Assembly: GCA_964016885.1 (NCBI GenBank)
Contig: OZ024742.1
Span: 219,418,001-219,482,000, forward strand
DNA length: 64,000 bases
Source of the DNA: Eledone cirrhosa
Lineage: Eukaryota
Reading direction: 5' to 3'
Each line of letters starts with the position of its first letter. The first letter of the stretch is position 1. Position numbers and translations under genes: made by a program. Of this stretch, positions 14,717 through 25,992 are shown piece after piece. The notes under the pieces are model-generated. The model was not told the DNA's origin. It ran no database searches and was given only the letters and a program-made list of their open reading frames with translations.

Positions 14717-15307
14717 TCTTCCCCAATTGCAAATGTTCCGCTCACATTATTATTATTGTTGTTATTTATCATTACACTGGCCTTCTCAAAGCATATATAT
14801 TCTTTACCCTTGTTTTTCCCCACGTTGGCTATTACAAATGTCTCTACGAAAGTCATCCTTTCCTCTCTCTTTTCGAGGTTTACGAAGGTAGATGAACATC
14901 TTTGAAATCCTAACATATTCGCCTTGTCTAATATACATACTTGTATCGGATTATTTCACCCAAATCTCCTGGGATGATAGAAGCCGCCATGATGGCTACC
15001 TATCCAACAATTTCTCTCTCTCCTCAAAGCCATTACTATCCCCTAGCTATTACTTCCCTTCTCTCTTCCATTCATTCTTCATTCATCTCGAGGTTCTTCA
15101 CGAAATCAGACACTTGATTCTGAAAGGCTAAAATGAATTACTAGAACTAACCCGTAAACCATATTCCAGACATCCATACATTCCCAGGTATCTCTCTTCC
15201 CCAATTGCAAATGTTCCGCTCACATTATTATTATTATTGTTGTTATTTATCATTTCGCTGGCCTTCTCAACGCATATAGTCTTTACCCTTGTTTTTCCCA
15301 CGTTGGC
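14717..15307. repeat. Direct repeat of ~113 bp (14717-14829 and 15195-15307), period ~478 bp
   Basis: tcttccccaattgcaaatgttccgctcacattattattatt...cccttgtttttccccacgttggc occurs twice; the second copy is cut by RTE copy A. Confidence 0.9.
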
Positions 15308-17242
15308 CAGCAGTACAAGTCAGCAGCAGCATAGTAAGTAAGGCAATCAAAGATATGAAAACGGGGAAGGCAACCGGTCCATCAGGTATAGCTGCCAAGA
15401 TGCTGAAGGCATCTGGGTCGGTAGGTCACACCATAACTACACGTATCGTTAACCAGGTCATACTAGAGGGTGTCATACCAAAGGATTGGTGCAGCAGCAT
15501 CATTGTCAACTGCTACAAGGGTAGAGGTGATGCACTAGATAGAGGAAACTATAGAGGTATAAAGCTTATGGACCAGGTCATGAAAGTATCAGAAAGAGAT
15601 ATAGCGCAATTGTTTAGGGTCCGGGTGAAACTAGATGAGATGCAATTTGGGTTTGACCCAGGAAATGGCACCACTGATGCTCTCTTCCTTGTGAGGCAGT
15701 TACCGGAAAAGTACTTAGCTAAAAGCTGCTCTACCTGGCATTCGTCGATCTGGAGAAAGCCTTTGACAGAGTTCCACGTGCTATAATCTGGTGGGCTCTT
15801 AGAAAACTAGGAGTAGATGAATGGCTTGTGAAAGCTGTACAAGCCATGTATAGAGGAGCAGTCAGCAAAGTTAAGATTAGCAATGACTATAGCGAGGAAT
15901 TTAGCATACAGGTCGGTGTCCACCAGGACTCTGTTCTTAGCCCTTTCCTGTTCATCATAGTTTTGCAGGCAATAACGGAGGAGTTTAAGACCAAATTCCC
16001 ATAGGAACTCCTGTACGCAGATGATCTTACACTTGGAGCTGAATCTATGGTAGAACTAGAGAAGAAATTCCAAACATGGAAGCAGGGACTAGAAAGAAAG
16101 GGTCTCAAAGTCAACCTGACAAAGACTAAGGTCCTTGTAAGAAGACGAGAAAACAGAACCCAGATCCCCTCAGGGAAATGGCCTTGCTCACTATGTAGGA
16201 AAGGTGTAGGTATGAACTCCATCCTCTGCCCCAAATGCGAACAATGGGTACACGAGATGTAGTGGGATCTCATGTAGCAGCTGCGCTGGGGCAGCAAGCA
16301 GCCACAGGAATCAATCACCACCAAACTCTGGGAGGGCTCTGTAGAAACAGTAGACAGCTTCTGCTACCTAGGTGACCAAATTAGCAGCGGAGGTGGGTGT
16401 TTGGAAAGTACAATAACTAGGGTAAGAATGGGATGCAAGAAGTTCAGGGAGCTACTGCCACTGCTAGCTGCAAAAGGCTTTTCTTTCAAAATGAAAGGCA
16501 GACTGTATGATGCATGTATACAAACAGCAATGTTACATGGTAGTGAGGCCTGGGCGCTGTCTGTAGAAGACTTGCGTAGAAGCCTGAAGAAACGAAGCCT
16601 GCACGTTCCGATGGATGTGTAATATACGTGAACGGCAAAGCATAAACAAATTGAAAGAGAGACTGAGCATAAGCGGAATCAAATGCTGTGTGCACGAGAG
16701 GAGGTTGCATTGGTATGGACATGTGATGCGTATGAAGGATGACAGCTGAATAAAAAGGTGCAGAGCCGTAGAAGTCGATGGAAGCCGTGGAGTGGGGAGA
16801 CCCACGAAGACCTGGGATGAGGTGATAAAAGCCGACCTTACCCAATTACACCTCTCAAAGGCAATGACACACGACCATGACCTCTGGCGTCACGCAGTAA
16901 TACAGAAGACCCGACCCCCACACGGGTACAAGCCAAAGCTGAAGCATATAGACAATATGCCCCAACCCCCTCCCACTGCAAAGTGGTCATGGAGGTGCCA
17001 CGGCAAAAAAGCACCCAGTCACACTGTAAAGTGGACGTGTAGGCACCACGGAAAAAAGCACCCAGAACTCACTGTAAATGAGGTTGGTGTTAGAAAGGCA
17101 ACCAGCTGTAGAAATCAAGCCAGAATCAGTTCCTATATGACTATAAGACATGGTCAGCCAACTGGGCACTGCCCACAACAGGACAACCCGTCTAACCCAT
17201 ACTAGCGTGGAAGAATGGACGTAAAACAGTGATGATGATGAT
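15307..17242 (+). mobile_element. RTE-clade LINE, same family, 5'-truncated degenerate copy A
   Basis: Colinear with 26743-28716; ORF fragments at 15289-15786, 16047-16262, 16401-16622 and 16792-17205. Has small deletions (one inside the zinc finger) and a (GAT)n tail running into (TA)n. Confidence 0.93.
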
Positions 17243-17649
17243 ATATATATATATATAGTAATAATAATTATGAAAACCAAAATCCGAAGAGGGATCCCAG
17301 AAAAGGGTGAAAGCAGCGATTCTTTGATTAAACTTTAATCTGTACTAATTATATATATATATGGTTGCAAACTCTGCTAAGAATACTGCAATCATTTGTC
17401 AGATTATAGAGTTTGGTGCACTTTAGCCAGTCACAGAAACCTGTCACATATCCTGAACAAGCAATGCCTGTGCTTTGAAGGTTTTTTTAAGTGGGGAAAG
17501 GCCTTGCACTTGACCAATCCCACTCTCTGAGCATCGAAACACTACCCGAAAAGGAGAACTGGTCAACATCATCGGATGCTTCTGAACCCGCAGGTTTTTT
17601 TTCAGAGTTTTCCCTCTCCTAGAAAGGTGTTAATAACTCGGGGCCTTTC

Positions 17650-17862
17650 ACTCCCAGGTGAAAAACAAAAAAGTACTATTTGGATGGCCATTGACTCTTT
17701 AGTTCTTCGGCCCTTTGCCAGGTCTTGTATTTCATCCTGCAGGGTGTCCAAATATCACCCCCCTCACCAAGTAAACTTGGTGGGGTTGCGGGTTTCGTCA
17801 CAGACAACCCAACCACGAGACAGGTTGTACTGGGTTACATGTTACCAGTAGCACTCGAGAGC
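17650..17862. repeat. Interspersed repeat with internal CACCAAGT-AA-ACTTGGTG hairpin
   Basis: Second copy at ~45050-45210 (tcctgcagggtgtccaaa...caccaagtaaacttggtggggtt...acaggttgtactgggttacatg). Confidence 0.65.
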
Positions 17863-18990
17863 AACCTGACATAAATAAACACATACATACACACTCCTAT
17901 TGAGTACTCTTTGTTCATAGTACTGTTAGCACTATGGTAAAAGAAAAACAGTTGATCAAGGTGCTGTAGACTACTATGAAACCTAATGCCACTCGATTGC
18001 AACCTGAAATAGTTATCTACATAGCCACACCTGTACCCTTTTAATTTATGAAGACAAAATGGGAAATTAGCCAACTGTTATTAGGATAGTAGCTATAAAC
18101 CTAATTTGAGAGATATCAAATTAAGCCATTATCATCATGTAGTGTATTTTAAAAGGTCGGACATTATAAATTAACCTAATTTAGTTATCTGTCACTAATT
18201 GACTTGCTGATACCAGTCATGGTTTAATAAGGATTCTTTGACATTTATTTAACTAATTACTTTTAATAGGATTAACAGTTTCAAGAACAATCGAAGGAAT
18301 TAATTAAAACATACACTGGTTCTAGTTTAATGAAAATGGGAGAAATTGTCAATTATATAGAAATACACAACAGCACACACATGCACTCACAACAGCACAC
18401 ACAGATAAGCACATATACACCCATACACATGTGCATAAGCAAAGGAGCATACACATTTGTACAAGGGAGCACATGTACACACACAATATAACCTAGCTAG
18501 CAGGGAAAACAGACATTAAACTATGATGGTGATGACCGTAAGGTTAAGAAGTTCAGGCTGCAAGTATGTGCTTTCAGGTTCAATTCTTCTACACAGGGCC
18601 TTATCTTCTACCATAGCAATTGGTTGATGATAATCTTTTGAGTGAAATTTTGTGGAAACATGGTAGACTTAATCTGTCATCCAGTTTAAAACCACCTCCT
18701 AGACTTTGGGTGATTTCAACATTGAGATAAATTCATCCACTAGTCGCAAGAGCCCTGCAAAGGGTTATAGAAACTGTAGTTCCTTTGACTAAACTATTTA
18801 AAAATAATGAAACATACACACACCAGTTACATTAAAAAATATCCCATAATTATTAGCTATTATCAAGGGTTGATGTTAATAGGTTTATTAAGTAGAAATT
18901 CATTTCACAACTAGATACATTAACTCTTATGAAACTCTGAAATTAGCCATAATAAGGAATATTTTAACTACTTTGATATTGGATACTCAT

Positions 18991-19216
<226 letters not shown>

Positions 19217-19553
19217 CTTAGTGGTTAGAGCATTGGCCTTGCAATCGAAAGGTTGTGAGTTCAATTCTCAGACCGGGTGATGTGTTGTTTCCTTGAGCAA
19301 GACACTTTATTTCACATTGCTCCAGTTTACTCAGCTGTAGAAATGAGATGATAGGGACTGGGGTCCCTATCATTCCACTGCAAAGTGGTCGTGGAGGTGC
19401 CACGGCAAAAAAGCACCCAGCACTCACTGTAAATGAGGTTGGTGTTAGGAAGGGCATCCAGCTGTAGAAATCAAGCCAGAATCAGTTCCCGTGCCACCCT
19501 TGCAAGCAGGGAAAAGCGGACGTAAAATGAAATGATGAAATGATGATGATGAT
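19217..19553 (+). mobile_element. tRNA-headed SINE with RTE-derived 3' tail, copy 1
   Basis: A-box-like TAGTGGTTAGA and B-box-like GAGTTCAATTCTC, a central CCTTGAGCAAGACACTT domain, an 11-bp hairpin, then sequence nearly identical to the 3' UTR of RTE copies A-C and a (GAT)n tail. Confidence 0.88.
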
Positions 19554-19789
19554 GGTATATATATATATATCAATAAAATAAATCATAGACTTGAAAAAGA
19601 ATATAAAGACTGGTGTCTATATGGTCAACTTTAAGGTGGTATACTGGTTTGACTACAATCTAATGACTGAAACCACATATGTAATACCTGTGGTTTTATT
19701 ATATGTGCATACCAAAGTGGATTTATACATCTAAAACATAGGAAACAGATTAAATCTTTATTAAGTTTATGCAAGTATCAAACTATTCA

Positions 19790-20130
19790 ATCCAATGCAG
19801 GGCCTTCTCATTCCTGTTGGAGGAATCCCTCTCTGGTTGACCTCCACCACTTTTAATTTGGTTTGGTCATGTCTTCGGGGATGTAGCCATACTCACCAAC
19901 CTTGGCCAATTGCAGGTTGGTGAGGCTATTTAACAGTTGTGGTGGATAACTTGACTGAGGAGTTCATCCACCCTTTTAACAGCTCTATTCTCTTTTATGT
20001 GTTGCTGGGGTCCCTCATACCCTCCTCCCCAGACCAGGGTCTGGTGGGGGAGCAAGTTTAGTCACCAACCACTCAACCATAAAGCAGGTGGCACTGGGTT
20101 ATAAGGTACCAATAACAGACAGAAACCTGA
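19790..20130 (-). repeat. Interspersed repeat (probable LINE 5'-region relic)
   Basis: Homologous blocks at ~47420-47750 (same orientation), ~33700-33910 (opposite) and weakly ~63000-63160: cctgttggaggaa...catactcacca...ggttggtgaggctatttaa. The strand is a guess. Confidence 0.6.
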
Positions 20131-21352
20131 CCTGACTAATGTATTTGACTATAGACTAAATTATTACTATCTTCATCGTCGATTAACGTCCTTCCACGCT
20201 AGCATAGGTTAGACAGGTTTGTCTTAATTAGAGGCAAGTTGGGTTGAGTGACCGTGTCTTGCTCATATAGGAGAGTTTCTGGCTGGTTTTCTACAGTTGG
20301 ATGCCCTCCCTAATGCCAACCACAGTGTGCGCTGGGTGCTTTTTGCTGTGTCTTTTACACATCCACTTTACAGTGTAGGCTGGGTGTTTTGGGGTTGGTT
20401 TTCTATGGCTGATGCCCTTCCTAATGCCAACCACATTTACAAGGTCTATTGTTTTATATTATTTTGATATCTCAATTTTGTTATCTTCCCCACATTGCAA
20501 TTAACTACTCATAACTATGACTAAAACATGCTATTTTTAACATTTATAGCCTTCATTACAGTTAGCCTCACTCTAATGCCGTGTTAGTTTACAAGAACTT
20601 TCAAACTATTTGAAAAACATTTACTTTAGTTAAACTGATATGTAGTACGATTTTCTTTCTATCAAAAATAAAATGGTCTCATGTTCTCACCAAAACAAAC
20701 AGCTGGTACTAAATATCTGTACTTGACTTTCTTGACCTAAAATCTGACACTCAAAGTTAAGTGCCAGCCAGTAGGGCCAAGAACAAAGTAAATATATAAT
20801 GGAGAAGGATTGCTAAAACTGGCTGTGAACTTGTTAGAAATAGGATAAAGAAAATATTTTTATATAAAAAATATCTTAAAGAATAAAGCAGCATAACACT
20901 AAATATGGCATGTAGTTGCAAAGAATGTATGTAAAAATGAAATAACCGTCCAAGAATTAGAAATACAGTACTCCATTCTTTTCTTTCTTGAGTGATCTCT
21001 CCATCAAAGGTGAAACATTTGCATTTGCTAATGACTAGAATTTATGTTGTATGCTACACCTGCATACTCATAGATTTCTCTAACTGGAGCAGTTGTGCCA
21101 ACCCATTGTTTAATTAATAATGATCATCTGCGAAGCCACTGGTGTTAACAACGATGAGGTCATCTAATTAAACTGATTCAGTAATGTGGTTGATGTTAAG
21201 AGAGGAAACCATGCTAACAAGTGTCTAAATGATTTGTGTGCAACAAATTATTGAATTACATATGACCCTCATTAAGCTAGAATAGAATTTGAAATTTCTT
21301 TTAATTTGAAAAAAGCCAAACTTTTTTTTAATTGTTTTTTCATCATCCTATC

Positions 21353-21484
21353 TAGTAAAGAAATGTTCGAGCAGCACAATAACACAAATTTTAACTAAGA
21401 ATAGAAACTGAAAGGAAGTAGTAAAGAAATGTTCGAGCAGCACAATAACACAAATTTTAACTAAGAATAGAAACTGAAAGGAAG
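21353..21484. repeat. Perfect 66-bp tandem duplication
   Basis: tagtaaagaaatgttcgagc...gaaactgaaaggaag twice (21353 and 21419), followed by taataaag. Confidence 0.95.
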
Positions 21485-21619
21485 TAATAAAGTATGAAGA
21501 TTTACAACTTTCATCAAAGCTGGAACAAAATGTTGCAAAACTTGCTATTGGTCTTCAACAACAGGTATGGCATTAATAAACAATGTCCGATATCTTAATT
21601 ATTCTTCTTTTTTTTTAAA

Positions 21620-21777
21620 TAATTGTCTCTACTTTAGGCACAAGGCCAGCAATTACCCAGTGCATTACTGGTACTTTATTTTATCGACCCCGTAAGGATG
21701 AAAGGCAAAGTCAACCTCGGCGGGATTTGAACTCAGATCGTAAAGGGACGTAACTATGCTGGAAGATACTGCCAAAA
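21620..21777 (-). mobile_element. Second SINE family copy
   Basis: Reverse complement of 34326-34510. Confidence 0.8.
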
Positions 21778-22439
21778 ATAATGCTTGCTATTTTAATCAC
21801 ATTCATAAACAATATCTTTATTCATACCATATATGCCAGCGTACATGTCGACATTTGGAGCCTAAAAGTATCTCTCCAAAACCAGGGTCTGACTTCTCTG
21901 CTGAATATATGTGAACCTTTACCACTGAGGGGTAAACAGTGAAACTACCTGCCTAACACTCTTTGTACACCACTTACATTTTCCTACTGAATCTCATATT
22001 TGTTAAGTCTATTTAACGTAGAGATTATAATAATATCAATGATTTGCCATAGCTCATAAGGTAGGTTACCATAGGTTCGTTAAGGTTAGGCTAGGCTGGT
22101 TTACTCAATGAGTTAGAACTCACTTGCAACTGAAGCGTTTTAAAAGAAGTGTTTATGTCAGATGAGGATAAGGAATTTTTAGGTTTTTTAAATTACCGTG
22201 TATGAATTACAGGTGTGGCAGCATCTTGTTTACTAATAAAACAGTTCAGTTAAATCATTTTATTTTCTTTAAAATAAATTTTAAAAATTAATTTTTCTGC
22301 ACATGCATTTTTAATTTACAAGTATTTAATGTTTATTTCCATATTTAATATTTTGTGCAAATAAAGAATGGAAAGCACATCTAGGGCTGGGGAAATGGTA
22401 CTGCCTTGTTTTTTTTTTGGGGGGGGGGGGGGGTGTCTT

Positions 22440-22533
22440 ATCCAGTGAATATAGGTCTAAACCCGAATTACACCTCAGAATTTTAGGGGTCGACCTATGC
22501 ACCAGATCGACTTGTACACTGGCATATACAGTA
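22440..22533. mobile_element. Possible Tc1/mariner-type MITE terminus
   Basis: ggggtcgacctatgc...tcgacttgtacactggcatatacagta resembles TA-flanked TIRs ending ...TATATACGGTA. A similar end (tatatacgagtatatacggta) lies at ~32632-32652. Confidence 0.45.
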
Positions 22534-22720
22534 TTTTAATCACAATAAACAATGTTAGCTATATTGATTAGTCCTATTTTAATCATATTAATAAACAATG
22601 TTTACTGCAGAAATAACTCCCATTTTAATCCCATTAATAAACTAATTGCTGTAATAATTAGTCCTATCTTATTTGCATAAATAAACAATGTCAGGTATCT
22701 TAACTGTTCATATTTTAACC
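22530..22720. repeat. Degenerate ~43-bp tandem repeat
   Basis: tattttaatc...aataaacaatgtt recurs 4-5 times; a similar unit lies at ~21790. Confidence 0.6.
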
Positions 22721-24049
22721 CTTTAGCATTTACATTACTTTATATATACTATTATATTTTTACGGTAAAGGCTTTACCCCACATAATATCAAATCTATGA
22801 GATTCTGATACTTATTTTGAGAACAATACCTTATCAGTATGAGCAACTGATTATGACTCGTTTGAACAGAAACAAGTGAGAGAATTCTGGGTGAATATGG
22901 CCAGTTTATGAAGACAACACAGATTTAACAATGACAATAACATAATTATCCCCTCTCCCCACCACCACCTTCCTACCTGTCTCTCCACTTTACTTTGTCT
23001 GTCTCATGAATAAAATAATAAACCTCACATAATTTTATGCCTGCCTTCTATGCTGGCATGGGTTGGTCTGGTTGTCAGTCAAAAGAATTACATTTTGCAT
23101 ATACACTCCATATTTTCAGTTTCTCCAGCTGTTACAGAGTGTACTGGATACATTTTATCATAGCACCAATACTAGGGAGGTTGTCAAGTCCTCAACGCGG
23201 CCAAATGGTCCTCTCTTTGTAAGCCTGTTTACGTTTATTTTTTTGTATAATTATATAAGAGTTAAAGTTGGGGTCCATAGTATCAAAGTGTTTTAGATTA
23301 GTATTCAGCAAAAAGATTGGGAAACACTGGTTTCAACGAATTTTCGTATCAATTGAATCTACATTAGTTTAGTAAAACTAACTGACTTAGTTGAATTTAT
23401 AATGACTGTCTTCAGTAAGTTCTGCTGCTATTTTTGCTTGTGAGTAAAAACACGAATTAAATGACACTGAATAACAACTTTACTCATCATCATTAAATGT
23501 CTGTTTTCCCAGCTAGTAAGGATTAGATTGAGTATAAGTATAATTAACGATAACTTGTAGATAGATGTGTGACTTCACTCAATATAACTTGTAACAAGAT
23601 GTGTGGCTTGATTCAATATAACAGATAGATGCAGGACTTCACTTAATTAACAATAGCTTATAAAGAGATGTATGACTTCACTCAATCAAAAATAATTTGG
23701 CAGACAATTTGTAAGTTTTATCTATGTTATATATCATTACTGCAGTTTTAGTAGGTCGTCAACCCTCTTAATACCCCACCCCACCCCCCACCCACACCCA
23801 CACACAAAATATTTCAAATTATAAGTGGAATAACAATCAATTGAATGAGCTGAAAATAGATGGAGTGGCATTTCAAGGATACTGCCGGAAGCCACATTTG
23901 CAGTGCATTACTGATTATAACAAGGTCTCCTATTCTCAGTTTAGAAAGTCAGGGGGTCAATTAGAGTTGAACTTTAGTGTAAGAATTCACAAGGCAAGAA
24001 CCCATCTATATTTTTATATATATATATATATATATGTATGAATAAATGT

Positions 24050-24082
<33 letters not shown>

Positions 24083-24114
24083 AGAACAAAAGATGGTTAA
24101 AAGAGTTCCATGTA

Positions 24115-24181
24115 TTTTATTATGCGCATTTCAAAAACAAATATCATCATGCAATATTATTTGTGTTTTCATCAGATAAAA
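24115..24181 (-). ncRNA. Type I hammerhead ribozyme motif (inverted copy, sense to the KIF21 pre-mRNA)
   Basis: Reverse complement of the 24321-24387 motif with one substitution in stem II; all core nucleotides intact. Confidence 0.78.
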
Positions 24182-24320
24182 CAGGAGGACATGATATGAA
24201 GGTTAAAAAACACTTGTGGATAGTTCAGTTTTAAATCAACATATGTTGTTTTAAATCAACATATGTTGATTTAAAACTGAACTATCCACAAGTGTTTTTT
24301 AACCTTCATATCATGTCCTG

Positions 24321-24387
24321 TTTTATCTGATGAAAACACAAATATTATTGCATGATGATATTTGTTTTTGAAATGCGCATAATAAAA
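24321..24387 (+). ncRNA. Type I hammerhead ribozyme motif
   Basis: Stem I UUUUAU (24321-26) pairs with AUAAAA (24382-87); core CUGAUGA at 24327-33; stem II of ~15 bp (24334-69, loop GCAU); GAAA at 24370-73; palindromic stem III UGCGCA; AUA triplet, predicted cut after 24381. Confidence 0.8.
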
Positions 24388-24512
24388 TACATGGAACTCT
24401 TTTAACCATCTTTTGTTCTTATATATTATGTATACTCCAGTCCTACAAATTGTAGAGTGCTTCTTATCCGATATCTGCATTGCTTTATTGTACTACAATA
24501 AAACTCACCTCC

Positions 24513-24544
<32 letters not shown>

Positions 24545-24601
24545 AATCTAATATACATAAATAGATTTATTTATATATATATTAGATATAATATATATAT
24601 A

Positions 24602-25961
24602 GGCTCTGTTCTTAGCCCTCTTCTGTTCATCATAGTCCTGCAGGCAATAACGGAGGAGTTTAAGACCGGATGCCCATGGGAACTCCTGTATGCTGATGAC
24701 CTCGCACTTATAGCTGAATCTATGGTAGAACTAGAGAATAAATTCCAAACTTGGAAGCAGGGACTAGAAAGAAAGGGTCTCAAAGTCAACCTGACAAAGA
24801 CTAAGGTCCTTGTAAGTAGACGAGAAAACAGAACCCAGATCCCTCAGGGAAATGGCCTTGCTCAGTATGTAGGAAAGGTGTAGGTAGGAACTCCATTCTC
24901 TGCCCCAAATGCAAACAATGGGTACACAAGAGATGTAACGGGATCTCAGGAAGCTTAATTAAGAATGTAGGCTTCACATGCAGCAGCTGTGTTGGGACAG
25001 CAAGCAGCAAACAGCCACAGGAAACAAGTACCACCAATCTCTGGGAGGGCTCTGTAGAAACAGTAGACAGCTTCTGCTACCTAGGTCACCATATTAGCAG
25101 CGGAGGTGGGTATTCGGAAATTACAATAACTAGGGTAAGAACGGGATGGAAGAAGTTCAGGGAGCTACTGCCGCTGCTAGCTGCAAAAGGCTTTTCCCTC
25201 AAAATGAAAGGCAGACTGTATGATGCATGTATACGAACAGCAATGTTACATGGTAGTAAGACCTGGGCGCTGAAGATGGAAGACTTGCGTAGATTAGAAA
25301 GAAACTAAGCCTGCATACTCCGATGGATGTGTAATAGTAATATACACGAACGGCAAAGCATGAGCGAATCGAGAGAGAGACTGAGCATAAGAGGAATCAA
25401 ATGCTGTGTGCAGGAGAGGCATTGGTATGGACATGTGATGCGTATGAAGGATGACAGCTGCATAAAAAGGTACAGAGCACTAGAAGTCAATGGAAGCTGA
25501 GGAGTGGGGAGACCCAAGAAGACCTGGGATGAGGTGATAAAAGCCGACCTTACCCAATTACACCTCTCAAAGGCGATGACACACAACCGTGACCTCTGGC
25601 GTCACGCAGCAATACAGAAGACCCGACCCCCCACGGGTACAAGCCGAAGCTGAAGCATATAGACAATATGCCCCCACACCCTCCCACTGCAAAGTGGTCG
25701 TGGAGGTGCCACCGCAAAAAAGCGCCCAGCCCACACTGTAAAGTGGACAGTGTAGGCGCCACGGAAAAAAAAAAAAAAAAGCACCCAGCACTCACTGTAA
25801 ATGAGGTTGGTGTTAGAAAGGGCATCCAGCTGTAGAAATCAAGCCAGAATCAGTTCCTGTATGAGCAAGGCATGATCAGCCAACCGGACACTGCCCACAA
25901 CAGGACAACCCGTCTAACCCATGCTAGCATGGAAGAACAGACGTAAAACGGTGATGATGAT
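24602..25961 (+). mobile_element. RTE-clade LINE, same family, 5'-truncated copy B
   Basis: Starts at GSVLSPLLF, keeps YADD, and carries frameshifts and stops. Near-identical to 27367-28716, with the same 3' UTR and (GAT)n tail; flanked by (TA)n. Confidence 0.93.
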
Positions 25962-25992
25962 ATATATATATATATGTATATATAAATATATC

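Larger units (their letters stand above)
24073..24518 (+). mobile_element. Penelope-like element pseudo-LTR remnant in inverted (palindromic) arrangement
   Basis: Inverted arms of ~175 bp (24073-~24248 and ~24263-24429) each contain a hammerhead motif with palindromic stem III. The right arm continues ~85 nt as unique sequence, and both sides abut (TA)n. No Penelope ORF is visible, so the family call is inferred. Confidence 0.65.

Noticed and set aside
19217-19290. tRNA gene
   Set aside because: A/B boxes are present but there is no complete cloverleaf, and the sequence continues into a SINE body.
20985-21020. KCFTFDGEITQE on the minus strand resembling KAFTFD
   Set aside because: Wrong order relative to the real exons, a stop lies just upstream in frame, and the true motif is in 41036-41215.
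24046-24480. Two near-identical small ORFs on opposite strands
   Set aside because: A consequence of the palindrome; no protein homology recognised. The signal is RNA structure.
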